Source of the DNA: an uncultured delta proteobacterium
Lineage (GTDB): Bacteria > Desulfobacterota > DSM-4660 > Desulfatiglandales > HGW-15
DNA: 64,000 nt
Assembly: GCA_963815145.1 (NCBI GenBank)
Contig: CAWFFS010000027.1
Location: 126,769 to 190,768, forward strand
Reading direction: 5' to 3'
The notes beneath the pieces were generated by a model. It saw only the letters and a program-made list of their open reading frames with translations. It had not been told where the DNA came from and searched no databases. Positions 50,212-59,101 of the stretch are shown one piece after another. The translations under genes were made by a program, and so were the position numbers. Within the stretch, counting starts at the first letter, position 1, and every line of letters starts with the position of its first letter.

Positions 50212-51000
50212 ATGATACCTGTAGATGGTAATTTTATTCTGGCTGTTGCTCCACGTTTTTCAGGTGCCAAAGCTGAGGCTCAAATGCGCATCGTAGGTGC
50301 GATATCAGCTGTTTTCTCCCCTACACTCGATAGCTACGAAATCAATACCAGATTACGCATCGCACACTTCATGGGGCAGGTAACCCATGAATGTGCGGGA
50401 TTCCGCACTACCGAAGAATTTGCTTCCGGCGCGGCTTATGAAGGCCGGAAAGATCTTGGAAATGTTCACACCGGAGATGGTAAACGTTATAAAGGCAGAG
50501 GTCTGATCCAGCTAACCGGACGATCCAATTATCGAAAGATCGGCGAAATACTGGGTTTGCAGTTAGAAGATAACCCGGAGCTTGCGGCCGAACCTGTTAC
50601 ATCTCTAAAAATCGCGTGTGAATACTGGAAAACACGGGGGATTAACATCGCGGCAGATCGGGATGATCTGGTAAATGCGACCAGGCTCGTCAATGGCGGT
50701 CTCAACGGCCTGGAAGATCGGCGGCTATACCTTCAAAAGGCAAAAACTGCTCTGGCTGACATAGAAGGCATCAGGGTTTCGCTAAATGAAGGAGGCAATA
50801 CCATTGTACTGCATCGTGGATCTTTTGGCGATGCGGTCAGAGGATTGCAGGAATTATTGGTAACCAAAGGCTTTGATATATCAATAGATAGTGATTTTGG
50901 GCCAGCAACCGAACTTGCAGTGAAAATGTTTCAGAAAAATAACGATCTTGTCGCAGACGGGATTGTTGGGCGAAATACCTGGGCATCATTGAGGTCATAA
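50212..51000 (+). CDS. Glycoside hydrolase family 19 (lysozyme/chitinase-like) with a C-terminal peptidoglycan-binding domain (cassette)
   Basis: HFMGQVTHE, YKGRGLIQLTGRSNY, VNGGLNG; PG_binding_1-like D.DFGPAT..AV..FQ....ADGIVG. Confidence 0.92.
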   Translation: MIPVDGNFILAVAPRFSGAKAEAQMRIVGAISAVFSPTLDSYEINTRLRIAHFMGQVTHECAGFRTTEEFASGAAYEGRKDLGNVHTGDGKRYKGRGLIQLTGRSNYRKIGEILGLQLEDNPELAAEPVTSLKIACEYWKTRGINIAADRDDLVNATRLVNGGLNGLEDRRLYLQKAKTALADIEGIRVSLNEGGNTIVLHRGSFGDAVRGLQELLVTKGFDISIDSDFGPATELAVKMFQKNNDLVADGIVGRNTWASLRS

Positions 51001-51143
51001 ACAGGCCACAGCTAACTTCAAATCCAGGCGACATAAAGAATGTCCGGTCTCTCAATCTATATATTTTGTGTGTATTTCAAATTGCGTGTCTTCTTTTTTT
51101 TGGCCGGCACCTTTTTGCACCATGGCATAAATACGATCGTCAT

Positions 51144-52034
51144 TTATTTCATATTCTTGAGGAATGACAGCATCTTCTCATTTATCCCGGGAGACCGCAA
51201 AATACTCATATGACCGACATCGGGTATTATTTCCTTTTTTATATCTGGTGCTACCCTTTCGAGGCGGTCCATAGCCTTTTTAGGAGAGTATATTTTTTCT
51301 CTTTCACCTATTAAAAATAAAGCCGGGCATTTGATGCTTCTCAGTTCCTCATCAGTTAAAACAGTCGGACGAACTACTGAATAGTTGTGTTTATAACATT
51401 TTACAGTAGTTTCTAAAAAGTCGATCTGTTCTTTGAATCCCAGGTTATCATGTGATACAGCATCGACCCACGAGAAATAACTTTCTTTAAAAAACTTTAC
51501 CGGAAGGTGCATAAGTATCTGGCGGATGTAAAACTGGAAAACAATCGGCCTGATAGTACCGGCCGGAGCAACCAGTATAATTTTGTTTAGTCTTTTCTGA
51601 AAATGAATGGCGTATTGACTCGCAATCCATCCCCCATAGGAATACCCGATAAGGTTGATATTGTCTTCGAGGCCGAGGCCAGTGAATAACTCATTCAACC
51701 ATTTTGCGTGGTCGGATCTATTCTTCATCCGGACAGTATTAATACTCAGGCCATAGTCATCTATTGTATCTACCGCGTAGGTCCTGAATTCTTCAGACAG
51801 TTCTTTGATGTTTTTGCCCCAGTATAATGAATTACTGCCAATACCGTGCAGTAAAAAAAGAGGCAGTGCATGCTTTGGACCGCTTACGCGTACAAATGTT
51901 TTACCATAGGATGTATTAATATAGAGGCTTTCCGATTCAATAGGCCAGTGCAGCTTCTCCCAGGACCTGAACATGGCAAGGCACGTCTCCTCTGCCTCTT
52001 CTGACCTGAAACGGTTGTGTTCAGTCATTTTCAA
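51144..52034 (-). CDS. Alpha/beta hydrolase
   Basis: LLHG, GYSYGG nucleophile elbow, VGH. Confidence 0.9.
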   Translation of the reverse strand: MKMTEHNRFRSEEAEETCLAMFRSWEKLHWPIESESLYINTSYGKTFVRVSGPKHALPLFLLHGIGSNSLYWGKNIKELSEEFRTYAVDTIDDYGLSINTVRMKNRSDHAKWLNELFTGLGLEDNINLIGYSYGGWIASQYAIHFQKRLNKIILVAPAGTIRPIVFQFYIRQILMHLPVKFFKESYFSWVDAVSHDNLGFKEQIDFLETTVKCYKHNYSVVRPTVLTDEELRSIKCPALFLIGEREKIYSPKKAMDRLERVAPDIKKEIIPDVGHMSILRSPGINEKMLSFLKNMK

Positions 52035-52157
52035 CTCCCTATCAGATACCGCAAGTAATAGGAATCTGTTATTTATCGATATTACAAGATGTTAGAGCTT
52101 TTTTAAGTTTTTTCCGCGTTATGATATCAAAGAAAAAATTAATTCTCCATTTTTTTA

Positions 52158-52203
52158 TTGACACTTACGACACTATGTCGTACAGTAACGACTACCTATC
52201 GTA
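52158..52203 (+). promoter_or_regulatory. Promoter (-35 TTGACA) overlapped by BlaI-type palindromic operators
   Basis: tacgaca-cta-tgtcgta (52166-52182) and a degenerate copy aacgact-acc-tatcgta. Confidence 0.7.
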
Positions 52204-52233
52204 TTTAGCCTTTCCAACAAATGGAGTCTTACT

Positions 52234-52617
52234 ATGAAACGACAGCCGCTGGCAAACGCAGAACTTGCGATCATGAACCTGTTGTGGCAGCAGGACAGAA
52301 TGACTGCCCGTCAGATTCGGGAAGAATTATACCCCGACAAAAAAAAGCCCCAGCACGGAACAGTTCAAAGGCTTCTCCAGCGCCTTGAAGACAAGGGGTA
52401 TGTTAATCGTGACCGCAGCCTGAGTATTCATTTTTTTTCAGCAGCAATTGCCCGCCAGGCCTATGCAGGCACCCAGCTTGAGACGCTTGCCTCAAAATTA
52501 ACCGGCGGTTCACTGGCTCCTCTTCTTACGCATCTTGTAGAAACGAATAAATTATCCCGTGATGATCTCGAGGAACTCCGGGAAATCCTTAACCAGGGGC
52601 TCAAGAAGGAGAAATAA
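52234..52617 (+). CDS. blaI: BlaI/MecI/CopY-family repressor
   Basis: L..AEL.IM..LW...TVQ.LL.RL..KG.V; upstream of an M56 peptidase. Confidence 0.9.
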   Translation: MKRQPLANAELAIMNLLWQQDRMTARQIREELYPDKKKPQHGTVQRLLQRLEDKGYVNRDRSLSIHFFSAAIARQAYAGTQLETLASKLTGGSLAPLLTHLVETNKLSRDDLEELREILNQGLKKEK

Positions 52618-52618
52618 A

Positions 52619-54421
52619 ATGATTGATGCTCTTTTTCATATTGCATTGAACAATGTATCCATTTCTTTTGTCCTTGCAATTGTAGCGGCTGTTGTCGGGA
52701 GCACTCTAAAACGTCCTGTTGTTACACACCTGCTGTGGCTGCTGGTCTTTGTAAAATTATTGATACCGCCCATTATCATGGTCCCTGCCCATTCGGTTCC
52801 ATTAATGAATAAAATCATACCGGCTGTTGATTTTAATATAAATAACCTGCCTGGACTAAGGAGTTCTGAAACAACAAATGATACAGGAGAAACAGGTTCT
52901 TCATCACGAGAATTAAAATCTAAGGTATTTAGTCATGGAAAACAAATCCTGTTTCTTCTATGGTTGACAGGGAGTATGGCTATTTTTTTATGGTCCATAT
53001 TTCAGGCAATCCGGTTCCATAAACTGTTGAAAAAGGAATCTGAAGCAGCACCTCCTGCGATACAGTCAATCGCTGTCAGGGCTGCATCCTGCCTGGGATT
53101 AAAAAAACCTCCGAAAATACGCATGACACCTGCAAATATTTCTCCCATGGTATGGTGGACCGGAGGCAGGGTGTGGCTGGTTGTTCCGGCTTCTTTAATT
53201 GAGCAGATGGATGCCTTTCAACTCCAGTTGATTCTTTCCCATGAACTGGCACATATCAGCCGCTGGGATTATCTGTGCCGGTGGATAGAGTGGATGGCTT
53301 CTGTTTGTTTCTGGTGGAATCCAGTAGTCTGGTGGGCTCGTCACAACCTTCGCGCCAGTGAAGAAATATGCTGCGATCAACTGGTTCTTTCCAGCATGAA
53401 ACCTGAGCCTTATGTTTATGGAAACACACTTTTAAAGGCAATTGACATCCTTCTGGCTGCACCACGTTTTCAGATGGTAATGGCAAGTAACTTCAACGGC
53501 GGAGATCTGTTAAAAAGAAGATTAAAGCTTATCATATCAAGAAATCAAAGCGGACCGAAGTTACGCTGGTTAAATGCATGCATCCTGCTTGCAGCCGTGG
53601 TTCTGCTGCCCTTTGGAATAATGCAGGCCAGAAACAGTGATAGCAATGAACTTGAATCCCACCTGAATGCCGTTGAAAATAAACTCGACAGGACAAATGA
53701 AAAACTGTCCGAGGAGCTATCCAAAAGGGCCGGGTTTAAGAAGGCCTATGAACAGTATTCAAAAAATATGGCATCAAATCCCGCTTATCAAAAAAACATG
53801 AGAGATTCACTGACAAAAAGTATGCTTAAAAACTACGATCCGCTGTTTAAAAAACTGGGCCTCTCAAAGGAAAATTTTGATGAATTCAAATCCATACTGG
53901 CTGACAGAATGATGGAGATTCAAAATACAGTTCTACCAAATACACTTACAGCCACGGATGAAGAAAAAACGGAAATGAATAAGAAGATCAGGGAGATTAA
54001 CATCAAGTATAAAGACAGGGTGAATGATTTTCTGGGACCGGAAAAAAGTGCGATATACGTGTCATATCAGATGAGATTTGCGGAGAGAAGCAGCTTAAGA
54101 TTCTTTATGGATTCAATGCCTCAGGAAAACAGGATAAGCGAAGACCAGACAGAGGCCCTTATAGATACCATGTATGCAGCAAGGAAAGCGATTTATGATG
54201 ATATGGGTCCTGATATTGACATGAATTTTTCCACTAATCTAACCGAAGAAAACATAGCTCATGAGATAAAAAAAACCAGACTGGTTTACGATAAATGGGT
54301 AGAAGCAACACGCGGCGTATTTCCTGACGACCAGGTACGGCAGTATAAAAATTACCTCAACAGAATTCTTGAGAGTTCTGAATCAATGTATAAAACGCGT
54401 TTATTTATGAATAAAAGATAA
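52619..54421 (+). CDS. M56 (BlaR1-type) metallopeptidase sensor with a non-penicillin-binding helical C-terminal domain
   Basis: TM helices, HELAH, WWNP, E..CD, LKRRL; the C-terminal ~260 aa are paralogous to the next two genes. Confidence 0.9.
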   Translation: MIDALFHIALNNVSISFVLAIVAAVVGSTLKRPVVTHLLWLLVFVKLLIPPIIMVPAHSVPLMNKIIPAVDFNINNLPGLRSSETTNDTGETGSSSRELKSKVFSHGKQILFLLWLTGSMAIFLWSIFQAIRFHKLLKKESEAAPPAIQSIAVRAASCLGLKKPPKIRMTPANISPMVWWTGGRVWLVVPASLIEQMDAFQLQLILSHELAHISRWDYLCRWIEWMASVCFWWNPVVWWARHNLRASEEICCDQLVLSSMKPEPYVYGNTLLKAIDILLAAPRFQMVMASNFNGGDLLKRRLKLIISRNQSGPKLRWLNACILLAAVVLLPFGIMQARNSDSNELESHLNAVENKLDRTNEKLSEELSKRAGFKKAYEQYSKNMASNPAYQKNMRDSLTKSMLKNYDPLFKKLGLSKENFDEFKSILADRMMEIQNTVLPNTLTATDEEKTEMNKKIREINIKYKDRVNDFLGPEKSAIYVSYQMRFAERSSLRFFMDSMPQENRISEDQTEALIDTMYAARKAIYDDMGPDIDMNFSTNLTEENIAHEIKKTRLVYDKWVEATRGVFPDDQVRQYKNYLNRILESSESMYKTRLFMNKR

Positions 54422-54430
54422 AGGGTTATT

Positions 54431-55474
54431 ATGGAGATAACTATGAAAACTCAAAAACTGTCTTTTAAAATCGTATATTGCCTGGCCGGCCTTATTATTA
54501 TGGTATCACTCGGTTTCAATATTTACCAGCATCAGCGGAATAAGGAATTCTTCACAAAATCTGTTCCGGAAAAAACCGCGAATAATGTATTTATCAGTGA
54601 GTCGAGCAGTATTACCAATTCTGCACCGGCTAAAGCAGTTCAAAAAAATATTATCCCCGTAAGTAAAGCAGCCTCCCCCGCTTCAAGTGACATTAATAAA
54701 CTTGAAGATAATCTGAATTCCACTGAACAGGATCTCGACAGTACAGGTGAAGAGCTATCCGAAGAACTTTCCAAAAGGGCCGAGTTTAAAAAGGCCTATA
54801 AACAGTTTTCAAAAAATATGGCATCGGACCCTGCCTATCAGAAAACCATGCGGGAGACACTCACAGAAAGTATGCTCAAAGAGTACGAGCCGCTGTTTAA
54901 AAAACTGGGCATCTCAAGGGAGGAATTTGATGAGTTCAAATCCATACTGGCCGACAGAATGATGGAGATTCAAAATGCAGTTCTACCCAATACACTTACT
55001 GCCTCGGATGAAGAAAAAGCGGAAATGGATAAGAAGATCAGAGAGATTAACAATAAGTACAAAGACAGGGTAAATAATTTTTTGGGACAGGAAAAAAGCG
55101 CGATATACGTGTCATATCAGATGAGATTTGCGGAAAGAAGCAGTTTAAACTTCTTTATGGATTCGTTGCCTCCGGACAACAGGATAAGCGAAGACCAGAC
55201 AGAGGCCCTTATAGATACCATGTATGCAGCAAGGAAAACGATTTATGATGATATGGGTCCTGATATTGACATGAATTTTTCCACTAATCTAACCGAAGAA
55301 AACATAGCTCATGAGATAAAAAAAACCAGACTGGTTTACGATAGATGGGTAGAAGCAACACGTGGTATATTGTCTGACGCCCAGGTGGAACAGTATAAAA
55401 ACTACCTCAAACGAATTATTGCGAGTACCGAATCAATGTATAAAACGCGTTTATTTATGAATAAAAATAACTGA
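54431..55474 (+). CDS. Membrane-anchored helical protein, near-identical to the M56 C-terminal domain
   Basis: N-terminal TM; long identical blocks (e.g. IYDDMGPDIDMNFSTNLTEENIAHEIKKTRLVYD). Confidence 0.85.
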   Translation: MEITMKTQKLSFKIVYCLAGLIIMVSLGFNIYQHQRNKEFFTKSVPEKTANNVFISESSSITNSAPAKAVQKNIIPVSKAASPASSDINKLEDNLNSTEQDLDSTGEELSEELSKRAEFKKAYKQFSKNMASDPAYQKTMRETLTESMLKEYEPLFKKLGISREEFDEFKSILADRMMEIQNAVLPNTLTASDEEKAEMDKKIREINNKYKDRVNNFLGQEKSAIYVSYQMRFAERSSLNFFMDSLPPDNRISEDQTEALIDTMYAARKTIYDDMGPDIDMNFSTNLTEENIAHEIKKTRLVYDRWVEATRGILSDAQVEQYKNYLKRIIASTESMYKTRLFMNKNN

Positions 55475-55495
55475 TAGTCTGTCACGGAGATAATT

Positions 55496-56536
55496 ATGAA
55501 AACTCAAAAATTTGTATTGAAAACCTTGTATTGCCTTGCAGGTTTGCTGTTTCTTGCATCAATAGGGGTCAATATTATTCAATATCGGCAATTCAATAAA
55601 TTATCCGGGAGACTTACTTCTGAAGATATCACAAAAAATGAACCGGTCATGTATCCGAACATAGGAGCTGAATCTGCACAGGTCAAAACGGTTAAAAACA
55701 CCAGGATGAAAAACGCAGCCCCTGAAGGTAAAGCAGGAGATTCCGGCACAGGTGAAGTCAAAGAACTTTCATATCAGTTGAATGCTGCTCAGGAAGAACT
55801 CAATATGACAAATGATCAATTATCCGAAGAACTGCAAAAAAAAGCGGAATTTAAAAAAGCCTGGTACCGGCCAGGTACTAATAGATCGGACCCGGTCTAT
55901 AAAAAGATGGTAAGGGATGTATCAACGAAACAAATAAGTGAAGATTATGATCCCCTGTTTAATAAGTTGAACATACCAGAAGAAGAATTCAATAAATTTA
56001 AAGCCATGCTTGTTGAGAAAAGGATTGAGATTGACAGCCTGTCACAGGAATACAGTGCGGCCAAATCTGCAGAGGAAAAAAAGAAGATCATACAGAAGGA
56101 AAAAGAGATAGATGATAGATACAGGGAAAAGATCAGTGACTTTTTAGGCCGGGGAAAAAATGAAATATACCAGGCTTATCTGGAGAGACTCTCGGAACGA
56201 AATGATTTAAATGATTTCATGAAAACACAGCCGCCTGACAGAAGAATTGATGATGTGCAAATGGATGAACTTATAGATTCCATGTATGAAGCAAGAAAAG
56301 TGGTTTATGACGAAATGGACACCGTTACAGATAAGGATTCTTCCCCTGAGCTGACAAAAGAAAAAATAACTAGGATTATAAAAAATCAGGCGCTGGTTAA
56401 CGAAATAAAAGTGGAAGCCAGCCGTGGTATTATGACACCGGCGCAGGTGGAAAAATTTAAAGCCTTCCTCAAACAAAAACAGGATATGATGGATGCATCG
56501 CTTAAAATGAGTTTATATTTTAATGAGAATAAATAA
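55496..56536 (+). CDS. Membrane-anchored helical protein, diverged paralog
   Basis: MKTQK..TM, LSEEL.K.AEFKKA, YDPLF.KL, LIDSMYEARK. Confidence 0.85.
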   Translation: MKTQKFVLKTLYCLAGLLFLASIGVNIIQYRQFNKLSGRLTSEDITKNEPVMYPNIGAESAQVKTVKNTRMKNAAPEGKAGDSGTGEVKELSYQLNAAQEELNMTNDQLSEELQKKAEFKKAWYRPGTNRSDPVYKKMVRDVSTKQISEDYDPLFNKLNIPEEEFNKFKAMLVEKRIEIDSLSQEYSAAKSAEEKKKIIQKEKEIDDRYREKISDFLGRGKNEIYQAYLERLSERNDLNDFMKTQPPDRRIDDVQMDELIDSMYEARKVVYDEMDTVTDKDSSPELTKEKITRIIKNQALVNEIKVEASRGIMTPAQVEKFKAFLKQKQDMMDASLKMSLYFNENK

Positions 56537-56676
56537 TAGCACACAAAATTATTAGAATCAGGCCAATTTTTTCTTTGGGTAATTTCATATTATCTTTACA
56601 GGCTGATCTTCCAATATCCGAATATTGACGAATATTTTTAATCAGCATCTAAAATAAATTGTTAATCCGGAATTTT

Positions 56677-58329
56677 TTATAATTTCAGAAAATATAAACT
56701 TAAAAACTTCATTAATTTCTCTTTACCCTCTTTAGCCCTGCATGTAAAATTTTTAGCATCGTTCGTGCTGCCTTTACCTGAATATACTGCTACCTCCGGA
56801 TAAGGACAGAGTGGACGGGTCATATCCACGCGGTTGTCATTCACACGGTATGCATTTATCCTGTCAGGTGCAATACCTGCTTCCCGCCAGCGCTCCATTG
56901 CGCCCATATAATTGGCCTGGTCAGGGCAGTTTCCACCCCGGCAGTGCCCCATTCCCGGTACCATGAACAGCCTGATCCAGTCTTTTTGTCCTTGCCCCAA
57001 AAAGGAAAGAACACTGTCGTAATAATTAATGGTATTGTAGGGAGAAATCCCCGGATCATTCCATCCGTGATAAAGAATAAGCTTTCCGCCATGTTCCCTG
57101 AAGGCCTTGAGATCCGGATCTATCGCATTGATGAATCCTGTTTTTTCGTCTGCAAGCCTGGTATCACGGTCTTTATCAAAGGTCCTCCAGTCCCAGTCAG
57201 CATCCTGGTAGGTCAGGATAAAGGTCCCCATGGATAGAGGAGATGGCTGTTTACTGTTGAACATCATCCAGCCGGTTTCACTTCCCGGGGCCTTTCCCGG
57301 AAATATTATATCTCCCGAGCTGAATTTTACAGGTGAATAAACGCTCTTAACCGCATCGAGCTGAGGTTTTGTCAGACAATTAGCTGAGTCCATGCCTTTA
57401 CAGAGCAATGCAGCAGGATCAAAATGGCATTGCTCCGGATCCGTTATAATCCCGTCTTTTACCGCGTCAAGTTTGTCACAGGCTTTCATTACTGCAGTAT
57501 GGAGCATTTTCAGTTTTGCAGCAGAAACGTTCATTGCAGGATTTTTCAGGATAGGAACTGTAAGGGCCATATCAGAAGCATGCAGGTGACTGTGAAAATT
57601 GGCCGCTGCACCGGCAATAATACCGTCATAGTCTTTTGGATATCTCTGTGCTTCCATCAAACCCTGCCTGCCTCCGGTTGAGCAGCCGTTCCAGTAGGAT
57701 AATTTTGGCCCTTTTCCATAGAATTTTCTTATAAGGGCTTTCGACTTTACTGTCATTTCATGAACCGAACGATATGCATAATCCACTACTTTCTCAGGAT
57801 GGCCTATGCCAAACAAGGCGTTTCCCCCTTTATGACCCGTGTCCGTGGATGCGGTGGCATAACCCTCCCGCAAAGCAAGTGCCATGGCGTCGTAACTGAT
57901 CGACCCGGCAAACCCGCCATTTCCTACAGCCTGGAATTTACCGTTCCACCCCTTTTCCGGAAGCCATAATTCCATTTCGATGTGTGAGTCGGGCGATGGA
58001 TGTAAAACTGCTGCAACACGGCAGTATGATGGAAGATTTACAGCCGGTGATTGTTGAAGGGCCGCGTTTGCCGGGGGATGAAAAGGCCCTGGGTCTATCG
58101 ACTCCGCGTTTGTGATCGTGGCATCAGGCAGGGATATCTTTTTCAGGGTCCGGCAACTATCCTGTGCCAAAGCATTTACTGAAAAGAGCAGAAATAAGAA
58201 AAAGAAAAATCCGGGGAGAGTATGTCTTATCTGGTATTGAATGTTAAAAAATAATGAACAGTCTCTGATCTTTTTATTTCCCGCCATGTCAGACTCCATT
58301 ACTAAAGGTTTTGCCAATAGATATAACAT
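56677..58329 (-). CDS. Tannase/feruloyl esterase family hydrolase, exported
   Basis: GNGGFAG, GCSTGG, YHGWND, PGMGHC, TRPLCPYP; start uncertain. Confidence 0.9.
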   Translation of the reverse strand: MLYLLAKPLVMESDMAGNKKIRDCSLFFNIQYQIRHTLPGFFFFLFLLFSVNALAQDSCRTLKKISLPDATITNAESIDPGPFHPPANAALQQSPAVNLPSYCRVAAVLHPSPDSHIEMELWLPEKGWNGKFQAVGNGGFAGSISYDAMALALREGYATASTDTGHKGGNALFGIGHPEKVVDYAYRSVHEMTVKSKALIRKFYGKGPKLSYWNGCSTGGRQGLMEAQRYPKDYDGIIAGAAANFHSHLHASDMALTVPILKNPAMNVSAAKLKMLHTAVMKACDKLDAVKDGIITDPEQCHFDPAALLCKGMDSANCLTKPQLDAVKSVYSPVKFSSGDIIFPGKAPGSETGWMMFNSKQPSPLSMGTFILTYQDADWDWRTFDKDRDTRLADEKTGFINAIDPDLKAFREHGGKLILYHGWNDPGISPYNTINYYDSVLSFLGQGQKDWIRLFMVPGMGHCRGGNCPDQANYMGAMERWREAGIAPDRINAYRVNDNRVDMTRPLCPYPEVAVYSGKGSTNDAKNFTCRAKEGKEKLMKFLSLYFLKL

Positions 58330-58372
58330 TCACTATTTTATTTTTTTGTCCGGTTCACATGTCAGAGGCCTG

Positions 58373-59065
58373 TCAAAATCCGGGTCTGAGCAATCGTGCA
58401 TAGTAACTCCCGGATGTGTAGAGAGCAGCAGCAGGGTTATGCCCTAAAAGTCTGTCCTTTGCGATCAGCACTGTGGTAAAAGCCCTGCTGTATTTAAAAA
58501 ACAAAGAATCATGGCCGACACACAGCCCTACCAGGATATTGAAATCGGTTTTTTCTTCATTAAGAATGGCCGCCTGAATAACAGGATTGCACATGGGTTC
58601 AAAACCCCCTATGTTAATCTTGTGTTCATCAGACAATCCCACGGTTTCTTTTGGAACCCCTCCGCATTTGCACATTACTGACGCTACATCAAAGCCCTGG
58701 GCATTCAGAATATCCGATAAAACACGGGCTTCGGAATGAAGCCCGCCGCAAAAGGCAATCCCCAGTTTTTTATACTTCATCTTGTTTGCGAATTCACAGA
58801 CTTCCTGTACCCTTGGTTTTGACGGATGCAGTATATAGGGTTTGGAATCACGGTTGATATAGCATTCGCCCTCCTGGATGGAGGCCATACGTGCGAATTC
58901 TCTTATCTCCGGTTTTTCATATTCCTTCAGTGCCTTTTTAATTACAGATCTGTAATTTTTGGTAGGACAAAAAGCAGGACCTTTTCCATTATCATCTGAC
59001 TGGCATATCCTGATTTTTACAGAACACTCCGCGCATTGAGGCTGTTTTTTTTTCTTATCCTCCAT
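58373..59065 (-). CDS. DUF1847-family Cys-rich protein
   Basis: GIAFCGGL, MCKCGG, MCNPVIQA, GLCVGHDSLF. Confidence 0.85.
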   Translation of the reverse strand: MEDKKKKQPQCAECSVKIRICQSDDNGKGPAFCPTKNYRSVIKKALKEYEKPEIREFARMASIQEGECYINRDSKPYILHPSKPRVQEVCEFANKMKYKKLGIAFCGGLHSEARVLSDILNAQGFDVASVMCKCGGVPKETVGLSDEHKINIGGFEPMCNPVIQAAILNEEKTDFNILVGLCVGHDSLFFKYSRAFTTVLIAKDRLLGHNPAAALYTSGSYYARLLRPGF

Positions 59066-59101
59066 AATTGACTCCTGTTATCTCAGCTTGCTTTCATAAT
59101 A

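Larger units (their letters stand above)
48254..51016 (+). mobile_element. Integron cassette array 2 (3 cassettes, no IntI)
   Basis: attC sites at 48254-48316, 48900/49718-49779 (split by an intron) and 50061-50188; a remnant R'' at 51010. Confidence 0.88.

Noticed and set aside
53640..55466. Near-identical paralog segments as DGR template/variable repeats
   Set aside because: The repeat is ~780 bp and coding in both copies, the differences do not appear adenine-specific, and there is no DGR RT nearby.
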